Source: Vicugna vicugna
Taxonomy: Eukaryota
DNA length: 64,000 bases
Direction: 5' to 3'
Assembly (NCBI GenBank): GCA_013265495.1
Contig: MU058636.1
Span: 6,793,741 to 6,857,740, forward strand
Shown: positions 37,587 to 51,600 of the stretch, piece by piece
Numbering within the stretch: the stretch's first letter is position 1
How the letters are laid out: every line of letters begins with the position of its first letter
The notes under the pieces: model-generated
Seen by the model: the letters and a program-made list of their open reading frames with translations, nothing else
Told to the model about the DNA's origin: nothing
Database searches by the model: none
Translations under genes and position numbers: made by a program

Positions 37587-40500
37587 ATGACGGATTGAAC
37601 AGAAGCGGCCTTGCACTGCACGTAACTCAAGTCTGTCGTCTTCACTGCTCAAAGCCATAATGGGAGGTGGCAGTCTGAAATGAGTTGCCACGGCAAAGAG
37701 TATTATTTTTGAAATGCTTTCACACAAATCACTAGGCCCTGCATACAACTTAGTTTCATGCTTTAATGTCATCAGGAGGCACAAATTGGTGTGTCTAATT
37801 GTTTGCCACCTGCCAGCAAAATGAGCTGCCAGCCAGCCAGACGGGTTTGATTGTCTGTCAGCCATTCAATAGATTGAGAGTGACAACATCAAAAATTTAA
37901 CTTCAAACTCTGGAGCTTTGAGCAGCTTTTCAGAGACATCATCCCCTCAAGTGCTTCTGGACAAGTGCATTTTTCAATTATATTTCCGATATATTGCTAC
38001 CATTTGCCTTATCTGTCTTAAGGTAGCTGTAATTACATTATGAGGTATATAAACATATTTCTGAAGCACTAAAATCTGAAATCCAAGTTATGACATGTCT
38101 TTTACCATCAGATTGAATTCCTTGAAAAGTGGATCCACGATGACAGGCTTTAGAAGCAAAGTCCTGAATGCTGCCAGTTTCCAACACAGAATTATCATGG
38201 GTCTTACTTTACCAGTAATGTATTTTTCATTTTTATCTTTAGTTGAAGAACAGCTATAAACTCAGTTGCTCATTCTTTGTAACTAAATCATACATAATAA
38301 TATCGTCCAATCCCAGTGGAAATCACCTAGGATTTTATTTTTGTTAGCCAATAGTTCATTGGTTCTATTGAAAACAAGCTAACAATGTGTTCTTTGTACT
38401 TATTCTAGATTGTAAGTTTGGGAATAGCTTCCTAAAACAACTGACGTCATTTTAGTTATATTAACTTATGTTTTACATATGGAGTTTCTCTCCGCTTAGC
38501 ATGGAGCGTTGATGAATTTCAGTGTTTGGAAGTTTGTAATACCATTTTCACTAGGTATATTGCCACATCAAATTTTAGAAACATTTAGACATGCATAAAA
38601 TAAACCTTTTTTCTTTTAGTATTAAGTCTTTTCTCAGGTTGTATTATGAAATATTATGTAAATATTCTCATCTACATTTATGGAACACGCTGATTCTTTT
38701 TCTTTCATTTCCTCCAGTCATCATCTGTGCAAATTTAAGTATCTGTCTTTGATTACACTGAGTGACCCTGTCAAATGTATATTTATGAATTGTAAAGCAC
38801 TGAAAATGCTAGACATCCCCTAGTACTGTTCTAAAGTGAGGACACTATATAGAGAGAGAAAATATAATTACAAAACTATAGGAGCTTTTTTTCTACTATT
38901 CTGTTACTATGAAACAAAGGGAAATATTTATCATGGTTTTATTTCCAAGAGAAGAGTTAATAATCTCATCATAGAATTTATAAATCTAATTGCAAAGTTC
39001 CCCAGCAATACTGTCTCCTGTGATAGATTTCTGTGTCAGTGTATGGTTTGTAAAGTATTCTAGCTGAGCTGTGGTTTTTACATACTAGTAACTGTAACCT
39101 TTAGTTTGAGGGGGCGCTTTTCTCTAAAACTGCCAATTAAGCTTTAGCATACCTTTGAAACTAAAATTTAATTTTATAGACCCAAATGCTTTTACTCTTT
39201 TGAGAATTTGATATATACATGTGGTTTTAGCTCAGTCTTTATTCCCCAGGGATTCCTGAGACACCCCCTTTAGTTTGGATAAAAGACGGGGAAAAAAAAG
39301 GCAGAAGACAGTATGCTTCTCCATACATTTTAACTGTTATTATATTTCAGAAACTTGTTTTAAGTCTGGAATATCATAAAAAGTTTATAATTGTGTTGCT
39401 TCTATGGCTAACAAGCATCAGTCTTATGATTTATACTTTAACTCTTCTGATTTTACAAACCTGGTTATGTTCAAATTACTGGGTTTGATATATTCAGGCA
39501 AATTAGTTTGTATTTTTTTCCCTTCAGACTTTTAATACTCTTGCTTCCAAGAGTTTCATTCTCTGAAAAAGAAAATCTCTGAAATTAAAAAAAGATCTTA
39601 CAAATATTATGGGACTAAAAATCAGTGTATCTGTAACTTTCATATTATTAAACCTGAAGTATAAGCTCAGTCTAGGTATTTTCTCTCTAGTTTTTAGCAT
39701 TAATTTTTTTAACATTAGTGCTAAAGATGACAGTTTAGTATAAATAATGTTTAGTAGAGATGATGGAACCCTCCTACATTGACGGCTTTAAGCTTAGAAT
39801 TAAGTAAGAATGCAAAAATTTATAATTACTGCTGAGTACTTCCATTTCTGTTCTTGTAGTTTATGACTTGTTTTAAAAAAGTGTTCTGATTCTACCATTT
39901 AGAAGATGAGCAAGTAAATGTAAGCCAAATTGATTAAAACTTTGCCAGCCTTTGCTGTTCAAAGTTTCTATGTTATCTCGTCACTGAAATCCCCACTTTT
40001 ATTATGCTCCAAATGTCCTAGGTATTGTATTCTAAAGCCAATTGCCAGAAGATGCAGTTTTGACTCAGCATTTCTGTGTCGTAATTTCCCCAATGTTGTT
40101 GCCTTTGTCTCTCCTGGCCTTTCCACAGACAGTTCAGGGAGCTGAAAAAAAGCATCTCTTTTTAAAGGGAAGATTAGTGAAATACTCAGTTATTTTTCAT
40201 AATTCCTCTTTTTTTTTCTATTGCTTTTCTAAATATTTTACAAAATAGTGACTCATGCAACGTGAAATCATCATAAATAAACTTGTGATTTCTAATGGGC
40301 TGCAGTAGATTGTAATGTCGCTTTAAAATCAGAAACAAACTGTTTTTCTCCAAAGCTTCTGTTTCTTTCAAGATAAATGTTTGACATCAGTAAGTCTTGT
40401 TAGAGAGAGAGTAATGATCTAGACATTAGGAGAGCTGGCTATTAGTGAGTCTCTTTGTAATTAGTGTGACCCTTATCTATTCTCTCTGTCTCTCTGAGAC

Positions 40501-41449
40501 TCAGTTTCCCAACATATAGAATAATGCATTATTTCTAAAAAGGCCCATAAAATTCCAAAATCCTATCATAAATGAAATGGCCTTATAATTAACCTCAAAA
40601 AAGTAGCATATGGTTATGAACTTGGTTAAAAGACCTGAATCCCAGAAAATATTCAACATGCCCAGTCCCCAAGCTGTCCCCTCACTTTAGGCCCTTGGCA
40701 TCTCTCAGGTGTATTCATTCCTTCTTTTACCTCCTAACTGCCTCACTGTTTCCAGGTGTCCCCCCACCAAATGCATTTTCCACATTTATGCCATAGAGGT
40801 TTTTCTTAAACACAAAACTGATTCAGAAGATTCTGAAACAGTTTCTCGTTATATGACAATAAAGGACGAACTTCTTAGTGTGGAATAGAAGTTTCTCACC
40901 TCTCATCAGCCATAACTATCTATTTGCAGTCCTTTAGTCTTCTATGATTTTTCGTCTCTTTGCCTCATGAAGTTTTTACGGTTGAACTTTTCTCCTCTTG
41001 GCTAATTCCCATGGATCATTTTAGATTCAGCTCATTCTTCCCTGATAATGCACATCCTTTTGGTTAGTGAAAGGTCCTGTGTATAACTCTAATCAGAGCA
41101 GTCATTGAAATATATTGCACAGTTAATTTATTTATCTCTTGTATTTCCTTCAAGTATCTCTAAGGCACGGGTTATGTTTTATTTGTCTTGGTATCCCCCA
41201 AATTTGTGACTGTAGTTGTATTCTCTTGACCTGTTGGTGCTCAGTAAGTATTACAGGAAAGGGGGAGGGAGTGAAAAGAAGAAAAAAATTATTATAAGAT
41301 CCATGAGAAATTATAAAACTCATTTATCTCAATGAATCACTATTTAAAAGCCACTTCTTATCTTCAGTATCTCACTTTATACTTAGGAGTTCTTAAGGTA
41401 TACAGATAAAGTAGTGTCATTTTCCCAAAATTCAGAGAACTAGTTGATG

Positions 41450-42485
41450 AAGACCCCAGGACTCTGCCTTTGGACCACTTCTTCCATCCAGTTGCTCTCA
41501 CTTGTTTGCTCACTTCATCCACGTTCCTGGCATTTAATAGCTTATAGGCAGATTACTACAAAATTTATATCTCAGCCCAAACCCTTCCCCTAAACTAAAG
41601 ACCCACCTATCCCATTGCTTATTCAGCATTACTACTGGGATGATTAATAACTTAACAGTTATTAAAAACTTGCGCCAACCACAGCCATCCCTATTGTAGT
41701 TGGCTTCTCTGTCCTTCAAATTGATTAAGGCAAAAATCTTTACATCATCTTTGATTTTTCTCTTATACCCACATCCAGTCTTTTGCAGTCCTGTTTGTTC
41801 TGCCTTCTTAGTACAGTCAGAATTTGACCCACTTGTTCACCAGTTTCACTTTGCCATTCTGATCCAAACTGCCATCATTTCTTGCCTAGATTGTTGTGAT
41901 ATTCTCCTAACCAGTCTCCCCCTACTTGCCTTTTTCCCTTGTCTATCCTTAACATAGAAGCCAGAGTGATCCTGTTATAGCCAGCATTATGTTCCTCCCC
42001 TATTCGTAAGCTTTTAATGGCTTCTGATCCCACTCTGAGGGAAAGGCAACGTCTTTACAGTGGACTGCAAGGATCTGAAGCCCTGTAACTTCTTTCATCT
42101 TGTCCCTTAGAACTCGTCACCTCAGTCAGTCTTCTAAAGTTACACTAGCCTTCTTCTTTTCCCTCTGCCTTTGACACTCTTCCCTTCATGCCTTCCTAGC
42201 TTCACCCCTGTCAGTGTTTCCTCAAATACCACCTTTTTAATGAGTCAACTTTTAGCCACCTTTCCAGTAATACTCCTTATCCTGTCCATGCTTATCTTTC
42301 TCATAGCACTTACCATTTGCTGTACTGTTTTTAAGCATTCATGTTATTGTATTTTCTGTCTCTCTCTTTTGGAATGTAAGTTTCATGAGGGAAGATATTT
42401 TGTCTGTTCTGTACCTTGCTATATCTCAGAATTTATGGCAATGCCTCACACATCATAGTGCTTGATAAATATTTGTTAATGAACT
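41450..42485 (+). mobile_element. L2 LINE 3' fragment (~1 kb)
   Basis: atctcagccca...ccatcatttcttgcctagattgttg...gaatgtaagtttcatgagggaag...gtgcttgataaatatttgttaatgaa resembles L2a/b. Confidence 0.8.
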
Positions 42486-43589
42486 GTAGATCACATGCCA
42501 TATCTCTGGCTTTGAGATAGGATCAATTCAGTGATGGAAAAATTTACACTTACATGTATTTTGTATCACTCAGGGTATTATAAAGCATACAGTTAATCAC
42601 TCAATGAAACATTTTGTTTGAAGTGAATTAGACTGAGTATTTTCCTGGCTTGTACTTTTTTGATAACCTTTACAACCTTGAAGCATATATAGATTATATG
42701 TATTACAAAGTTATCCAGTTCCTTACAGTTTTCAGTCTTAAAAGGTGTGGGACAGAAGTGTGAAACTGTGTGGGAAAATACAGAAAGAATATTCTTAAAA
42801 TATAATAATGCGCTTTTAAAGTGTGTGACGCATAGAGTGTTCTAGATCTCCATCAGTACGAGTAGTAGATCTCGTAGAAGAGTGGAATACATGAATAGTT
42901 TAGACTGGTGGCTCTTAACTTTTCTGTGGCTATATTTTTGAAAGCCACATAAAAATTATATGCTCACACTATATATACTCTAAAGATTTTTGTGTATTTA
43001 TGCACCCTATGGTACATAGACTCCTGAGTAAGCCTTTTGGTGTAGGTAGAATAAGTAAGCAGGTGGGAAATGTTGAGTAAGATTTTGTAAGAGTTGAAAT
43101 TTTTTTACTTTCATATATAAGTAGTTGCAAATACATAATAACATTCCAGAAGATAACTGATGTGTTATCCACACATATTGATAATTAACAAATAATTTGT
43201 AAAATAGATTGCTTAGGAGAGAGAATGATTTGAGCTGTTAAGGAATAGGTAGTGTTGGTAAAGAAATGATATTAAGGACAAAAATATATAGACAGTCCTC
43301 TGATTCTAGATAAACAATTTGGCCTTAGTAATCAAAGGGGAGATAGTAGTTCTTACAAATGCATAGAATTGTGGATTGAGAAAGAATCTCAGAAATCAGT
43401 CATATCCAGCTTCCCGCTTTTCTCAACACCACTCTTGTGACATGGTTGCCCTAGCCCTTGGATATACCAGTGGTTGGAAACTGGAGCTCATAAAAATTAC
43501 TAGAGATTTCTTTCTCCTGTTGATCGTAATCTGGTATTTGGAGATACATGGAAGTTTCATCTTGTTTCCTTGAGCCATAGCAATGCTAA

Positions 43590-43835
43590 TGATAGCTAAA
43601 ATGTATTGACCACTTACAATATTCCAGGTAAAGTGCTGAGCACTTTATGTGCAGTATATCCTTCTATCTTTATAACAATCTTATGAGGTACAAACTGTTA
43701 GGAGTCTTATTTTAAATATGAGGAGAATGGAGCTTAGAGAGTTTTGCCTGCTCAATACCACACAGCTAGTAATTGTTAGAGGTAGAATTCTAACTCAGGT
43801 CTATCTAACATTAAAAACTGGACTTCTTGCCACTG
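43590..43835 (-). mobile_element. MIR SINE
   Basis: atagctaaaatgtattgaccacttac...aacaatcttatgaggta...atgaggagaatggagcttagaga...cacacagctagtaa. Confidence 0.75.
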
Positions 43836-46198
43836 TGTCCTCTATTTATATTCCATGCTGCACTATCAGACTGCCGAGTTTGCTGTCAGTGAAGTGTCTG
43901 GAGGTTTTCACATCAATTGCTGTTAATCAGATGCTTTCAGAAGTTTTTTAAGTAGAAAGGCATTTAATGTTGTTTGCATTTATTTACAAGTCATCATTAC
44001 AGGTTGTTGAGATGAAAATATTTTTCCCTCATCCATGTAACTAGTTTTTGTAATACATATCTCATACCCTCAGTACTTGACAAGAAGGCTGTAGTAACCT
44101 GTTACAGAGAGGTTTTGTCCAAAATTTGTAATGATCTGTTAATCAGGAACCTTTGGTAATAGTTTTTTCTACTATCTAGAAATTTGTCTCTCAGTCTTGC
44201 AGCACTGTCAATCAGCCTGTGTTTCTTTATTTTATCCATAACGATTTTAATGAGAGATTTGGGGGAAAAATTACAGTTTTACTAATGACTTCTTTTCAAA
44301 TTAAGAATTGATAATTTGGATTTGTTTGTTTGTTTTGCTAGTCAGTGAAATATTTTAGAAGTTTAGGAAAGAATTTTGATGATAAACCCAAAATGTTACG
44401 TTTTTTTCTATTGATTTTGATGTAGATCGTTATAACTAAATACCTTATCTTGTGAGCAGAGAATTATTTCACTTTAGGCAGTGGTAACAACTGTTAACAT
44501 TTATAAAGCATCTCATAATTAACGATGTCTTTTTAAACACAGTCACATTCAATTTCCCCAGTTATATGTGAAATAAGTACCATTTGTCTTGCCATTTTTA
44601 CTGAAAAACTGCAATTTAATATCACACGGCTTGAGAGTGATTTAGTTCTCAAGCTTTCATCTTCTAATTTCACATCCTGTATTCTCTCCATATGGCCACA
44701 CCACTTCTCAATGAAATAAATGAAGGTATTCAATGAGGAATGGTCAATGAAGGCAAAAAGCATAATGCATGCTTTTAAAAATTTAATAAGATAGTTAAAA
44801 GGTCATGGTTGAGTCCAATAAATTTGACTCCATTCATAAAAAAAAAAAGGAAGTATCCAGAAAGAGAGAATGAAGAATATTTTTGGTATGAGTGAAATTG
44901 AGATTATAATTACTTTGGTCACAAAAAAGTTCTAATACTCCTAAAATTGAACATAATAATTCTTATAAATTTAGATTTTTGACATTAATGGAGTCATTGA
45001 AGACATTCAGAAAAGTGTTTCTTTGAAAAAAAACTATTAGTATAAAGGAAGGTTAAGCCATGGACTTATTTGAGAGTGAGCCATTGATACAGGTTTCTTT
45101 AAGTAGAGATTTTAATGTGAAAATTATAAAATATAGATACATTTTAAAAACCTAGTTTAGATTGGATATTTTTTACTGTCAGTCACTAGTTTTCAGATGT
45201 AACTAACATTTGAACTTAAGTATATCTCATACATCTATTTTCTAGATAAGTTCAATGATGGTTGAGTAAAGCTGGAAAGATGGAATTGGAGTGCTGTAAA
45301 TTTTGAGAAAAATAAAACTTCACTGAAAGGAAATAAAAATATTTATTTTAAATTGACTACTTTTCACACCGATTTATTATTTAAAGATAACACAATATTA
45401 AGTTCAGAAATATTTTTATGAAATTTATTTAAATATGCTAAAGAAACATGGGAAAATGTTCAACTCATAGATTCACAAAGTCAAGGTATAAAAGCTAAAT
45501 AGAACTTAAACCAAATGTATAGTGTATCTAGTGTATCCTCTCAGTCTTTCATTGTAATAGCATTCCTACCATGAAAAGCAACTTGATTTTGTTCAGGAAA
45601 ACAAAGTTTAATTATATTATGCCAGTAGATGTTATCAGTATTTCTTTACTATATTTACTATATTTCTTTAAAGTATTTAGCTTTACTATAAAGAAGCTTC
45701 AGAATTTGGCTTTCAAATGTTATGTTTTTATGATTGTTTTCCACATGGAGAGTATAATACAGATAAGATGGACATTTTATATACAGTTTGCACAAAAATC
45801 CTTATATGAATATGGATAATACTCTAACCTGAGCACACATTTTTCCAGTTTTCCAGGATTCATGATTATAGCGCACGTCATTTTAAGAAAGGTCTGCAAA
45901 CTCCAAATGCTACTTAGATGTCTGCCAAATGAATTATAGTAGTCAATACACTTTACATTCTATCCTTAAAGTCCATATCCTTTTCACCAATGCAGTTGGA
46001 ATCAGGAGTTTAAAAAAAAAAAAGGAAAAAGAAAGAAAAGAAAATATGATCCTGATTATTTGCTATAGCAGGGTTAGAATTCATCTTAGCCCTTATGTTT
46101 GTTATTTTTTTATCATTTCTTTTTTTAAAATTTTTTATTGCCGTATGATCAATTACAATGTGTCAGTTTCTTTTCTTTTTTTAATCATTTCTTTGCAG

Positions 46199-46353
46199 GA
46201 GTGTTGTTGTGCCTGTTAAGAAGCCACCTCCAGGTAGTTTAGCTGTAACCACTGTAGGAGCCACTGCTGCTGGGAGTGGGCTGCCAACAGGCAGTGCCTC
46301 TAATATATTTGCTGCTACTGGAGCTACACCAAAAAGTATGATTAATACAACAG
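46199..46353 (+). CDS. NBEA: NBEA exon, SVVVPVKKPPPGSLA...PKSMINTT(G), 155 nt
   Basis: Acceptor tttctttgCAG|G and donor CAG|GTATTG. Phase 2 to 1. Confidence 0.95.
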
Positions 46354-47810
46354 GTATTGTCCTTATCTATTTTTGTGATACCTCATCTTTTTCTTTGTTC
46401 TCTATATCTTCATTTTTTTTCTGCTTTTGATCTTCAAAATTAAAAATACCCTGATCATATGAGATTATCTTAATCTTTAAGAAGGTTATTCTTCATGTTA
46501 TCTTTCAGAATTTGTCTTTAGTTCTGGGGTGTACTTTTTGGTCATTTTAAGAACACAATGGGTTTTGTTTTGAGTCTTCTCAAAACACAATGCTGTTTAC
46601 TTTCAGGCTGAACTCAGATTGCTGAAAGATACTTGGGGAGCAAAACCAAAAGATCATTTGAACACTGAAATTTGATATCTAGAAATTAATAAGTTGTATC
46701 AAGAATATCAAGGTATACTGAATATGTTAATGAGAGAAAATAAATTTAGTGACACTTACTGGTTGAAACTTAATGTATATTTTTTACAAAGCTCCCCTAA
46801 GAACCTTGATGATATGCTACAGCCTCAATTTGATAAAAGTGCATGTGAATAAGAACCATTGTTTGCCACTGAATTAATTTGTATACTTATATTACGATTA
46901 TATCCAATTCATTGTCCAACATTTTCCTCATGATTCTAGGAACAAAAAATTCCAAATCACTACAAATTTTTAAAGCCTGCCTAAAATAACCTTTTTTTGT
47001 AAATTTCCAGAAATGTTCCTGTTGATTATTAGCTAAATAAATCCTTACCCAAATCTTTGTGATTCCATTTTAGGTATTTATACAACGCAAGATGATCCCT
47101 GACTTTTCTTCCCTGACTATAGTAGCAGTAGCCTTCTCTTCTCCAAACTGTATAGCCTTGAACTTTTCCATCTAATATCATTACTTAGATTATTCCCATT
47201 TTTATTAATTTCATAGCTCTTCTTTGTACTTTCTGTATTTATCTTGTTTATCATACCACCTGAGTCTGACACACCATGAACAGCATATATATGGGGTGTA
47301 GTAAGTAGAATGTACTATCAAACATATTTATACTAGCAAGTAAACATCATTAATAGAATTGTGTTAAAGAATTTAAATAATCCTTGATTTATATGTGTTA
47401 CAAATATTTGTATCTGACCTGTCTGAAGACTTTATATAAAGTGTTTTCTATCCTGTTTACAGTCTTACTCTTTATTTCGCATTCTAGAAATTGGAGTCAA
47501 AATGTTTTTCTTTTACCAAAATGTATACTCAAAAAAGTGTTAAGATTTTAAAAATATGTGCATGTAATAGGAAAAAAATCTACATTTGATGTTTATTGAC
47601 TAAATCCTTAACTTTTAAAAGATAAGTAAATAAAAAGCAAATCATCTCTTTTTTATCTTTATTTGGAACAAGTTATAATATTTTCCTGTAATTTCTATTT
47701 TATGAATTAGTAATAGATACAGGAAGTGGTGGTAGCAAGTGATAGTATAAAGCATATATTATAATGAAAAATGTAAGTAATGAACGTTCTCCTTAAAAAT
47801 ACATACATGC

Positions 47811-47833
47811 AGACACACACACACACACACACA
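47811..47833. repeat. (AC)n microsatellite
   Basis: Directly visible. Confidence 0.9.
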
Positions 47834-48568
47834 AATTGAGGGCCAACATGTAAACTGGGACCTAGACTAGTTTAGATTTTGGCACATACACATTGTATAA
47901 GTGTTGTGGAAATCCTAGTTTTATAAGAATTAGTGTAGGATAAGATAAAGATAATATTTAGGAACACTAGGTGTCCCTCAACTCCATGGCTATTTCATAT
48001 CCATGTAAGTGTGGTGTATTACAGAAAATCTGTTCTAAAACGGCATCTTCATATTGTTGAGGAGAACTCCTTATTTTAAAGTCAGGTACAATTGTATTGG
48101 TTATAGCCCTCCTTGAACAAGCATTTTATCAAAACAAGCACTTGATGCTGCAGTGCCACAAATTTATGCTGAGATAGTTTATTGTAAATTATATATTGGA
48201 TGATGAAAACTAAAAATATTACAACATAGCAGTAAAAACGGATAAATTTTCACATCTAAATTTGCATTGTTTTATCAGCCTCATTTTATCTAAAATTATT
48301 TTCATTTGTTGATGTCTTTTATTTATACTCCATTTGTAATATGTAGTTTTGTTAGAGTAATATAAGTAAATAAACTGGATTTTAATGCAGTAACAATTAT
48401 TTATAATTATATAGAGTTATTAGTGTACCAATGGCCATATGATTTTTTAATTGCCAAATGGTATTTTGAAATTTGGATGATTTTATTTCAAAATTAGAGA
48501 ATAATGATATAATGAAAATATTTTTAAATAAATATATTTAAGGCTAAAAATTATTATTTTGGAAACAG

Positions 48569-48695
48569 GTGCCGTGGATTCAGGGTCCTCCTCCTCTTCC
48601 TCCTCTTCTAGTTTTGTGAATGGTGCTACCAGCAAAAACCTTCCAGCTGTGCAAACTGTTGCTCCAATGCCAGAAGATTCGGCTGAAAACATGAG
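48569..48695 (+). CDS. NBEA: NBEA exon, AVDSGSSSSSSSSSFVNG...PEDSAENM(S), 127 nt, with poly-Ser
   Basis: Acceptor ttttggaaaCAG|GT and donor GAG|GTATAT. Phase 1 to 2. Confidence 0.94.
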
Positions 48696-51600
48696 GTATA
48701 TATAACTATTTGTTTTTTCACTTATTTAACCCCTTTCCTTCCCCCTCAAAAATAGTAACACAGTATACAATAAATACAAAGATACAGTTAAGAAATTCTT
48801 CAGAATGTTTAATTATGTGTTTTGTGATTGCATCTCATACTTTCATTGTTTTGATATTTTAGCATTCATTATATAAAAATTATTTATTATATTTCAGAGT
48901 CCATAAACTAAGAGCTCTTGAAAGATTTTTCAAGATCTGACTTTCCTGAGTTTATAATCCATTGTCATATAACACATGTTACCGTTTCCTATAATGTTAA
49001 AAACATTCACACATGACACCATGATAAAATTAGGCAACTTTAGGGTGGCGATGAAAAGTTTAAAGTAAACACTTTCAAAATAATTTTGCAAAGTTATATA
49101 TAACATATATAATTGGAAGTTAAGTACCCAAACATTATCTTTTCTATTGTAATTAATAGATAAAAGTGATTTGTAGTAGCATATCAAAGAGCATTCCTAT
49201 AAAAGATTGGCCCACATTCTTGGAGTTAAATTACACATACACATAGTATGTGTGTGTGTTCACATTCTTAATTGAAGGATCACACAACTACAGTGTAAAA
49301 ACGTAATGAAAGAATGAACACAGTCATGTTACCATCACCCAAGTCAAGACATAGAATGTTGCAAGTACCCTAAAGTCCCCACCTTGTGCTCCTTTTCTGT
49401 CAGTATTCTTGCTCATTTTCAAATTCATCACTCTGACTTTTAATACTAGATTAGTTTTGTCTTTTTGAAATTTTATGTGAATGGAATTACACAGTATGTA
49501 TCCTTTTGTCTCTGACTTCTTTTGTTCAACATTGTGTTCATGAAATTTATCTGTATTGCATGTAGCAGTAATTTTGTTCATTTTTATTCCTTAGTGGATG
49601 TATACTACAATTTATTAATTTATTTTGCTGATAACAGGCATTTGGAATTTTCCCATTTGGGGCTATTACAAATAATGATGCTTCTTACATAACAGTGCTG
49701 CTTGTACATTACTCTTGGGTGTACTACACTTTTGTGTGCATACCTGTTGGGTAAATGACTTGGAGTGGAATTGCTGATTCATAGTGTTTGTGCATGCTCA
49801 GTTTTACTGAATAATGCCAAATTGTTTTCCAAAGTGATTAAATGTAAGGTTACTAACTCATTAGCAGCAGATGAGAGTGCCTAAGTCTTTATCTCTTTAA
49901 CAATACTTAATATTGTCACTTTTACATTTTAGCCATTTTGGTGGAAGTGTAGGGGCATTTCATTATACTTTAAGTTTGCATTTTCCTAATAATTAACAAG
50001 GTTGAGCACCTTCTTACTTATTTACTGTTCTTTTTCTTTCTTCTTTTGTGATTTGCCTGTTGAAATCTCTCATTTATGTAAAAAATTTGAGTTATTTGTT
50101 TTCTTCTTAATTTGTAAAGGCTCTTTATGCATTTTGAAAATGAGCCCTTTGATAATTATATGCCATTTGTAAATCTCCCATTCTGTGGCTTTTCTTATTA
50201 TCTGTATGATCTGATTTGATCAATAGAAGTTGTAAGTTTTAATTAGACTCAGTTTATCAAATTTTTGTTTTTCTAGTGCTTCTAGTGTTGTAGATGAAAT
50301 TTTTTCCTACATTTTCCCTACCTCATCTTATGACTGCTTTATTTTTACTTTTTATATTTAGCTATATAGTTCATCTAGAATTTACTTTTGTGCATTTTAT
50401 GAAGGTAGGAGGAAGATGGATGTCAATATGACCCAGCAGCATTTATTTGAAAAACTCTTCTGTCTCCAGTGCTTTGCCACTTTTGTCACAAATCCGATGT
50501 CCCTGTGTACTAGATTCTGATTTGCCACTCAGTTCTGCCCCGTTTGTCTGTTTGTCTACCCTTGTGACATACTGTCATCATTAGCTTGAGGTTTAATATG
50601 GATCAGTATTTGAATCAGTAAGGTCTTCCCATACTGTTCTTTTTTTTTTCTTCCCAAGAACGCCTGAGCTTTTATTGATACTTTGCATTTCCCTTTAAAT
50701 TTTAGAATCAGTTTGTCAGTGTCCATATTAAAAACAACTTGCTGGGGTTTTGGAAAGGAATGGAATTTATAAATCTATTGCAACTGTAATTATATTTCAT
50801 CTATAGATCTCTTTCAATATTGTGACTTACAGACTATAAAAATCTTATATTCCTTCCATTTCTTTAGTTTTTTAAAAAAACATTTCCCTGTAATGATTTT
50901 TATTTTATTATGTAAAAGTCTTACATGTTCCTTATGTGGTGTATTCTCAGAACTATACTATTTTGTGTTTGTATCTTCATTTCTGTAGTTTCCAAATTAA
51001 ATTTATTGAGACCATTTTTATATTGTTGTAACTCAATAAAAAATACTCATTTGAGTGTACACTTTAATGAGTTTTGATCAGTCTATGTGCCCATATAACC
51101 ACCACCACAATCAAGATGTAGAATATATCCATCACCCTAGATAGTTCCCTTGTGCACCATATGTAATTCACCCTATCCTTCCCCAGGCAAACATTTATGT
51201 GCTTTTTAATATCAATTTAAATTTGTCTTTTCTAGGGTTTCACATAGATGGAATCATATAAAATATACTGTTTTTGTTTCTGCCCTCTTTTGTTCAACTT
51301 TTGAGATTTTGAGGTTCATTCATGTCTTCTGTTCATGAGTAGTCCAGTCCTTTTTATTCCTAAGTGTTATTCTATTATATGGCTGTCCCACTATTTTTCT
51401 GTTCAATTGTGGATAAACATCTGGGTTTTTTTCCAGATTGGGGCTATTATAAATAAAGATTCTATGGACATTTGAGTACATGTCTGGTGTAGACATACAT
51501 ATGATCTTGCGTAAATAACTGAGAGTAAAATTGCTGGTTGAATGGAGGTATAGGATGATCTTTATAAAAACTGCTGAGCTGTTTTGCAAAGTGGTTCTAT

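Noticed and set aside
37535..37678. Possible C/D-box snoRNA (ATGATGA ... CTGA)
   Set aside because: No convincing terminal stem or recognisable rRNA guide; these short boxes are common by chance. A snoscan/Infernal search would settle it.
37515..37865. 116-aa minus-strand ORF, considered as a nested gene such as MAB21L1
   Set aside because: No resemblance to MAB21 proteins (about 360 aa, single exon) or any family I recognise. Higher GC explains the ORF length, and MAB21L1 lies further downstream.
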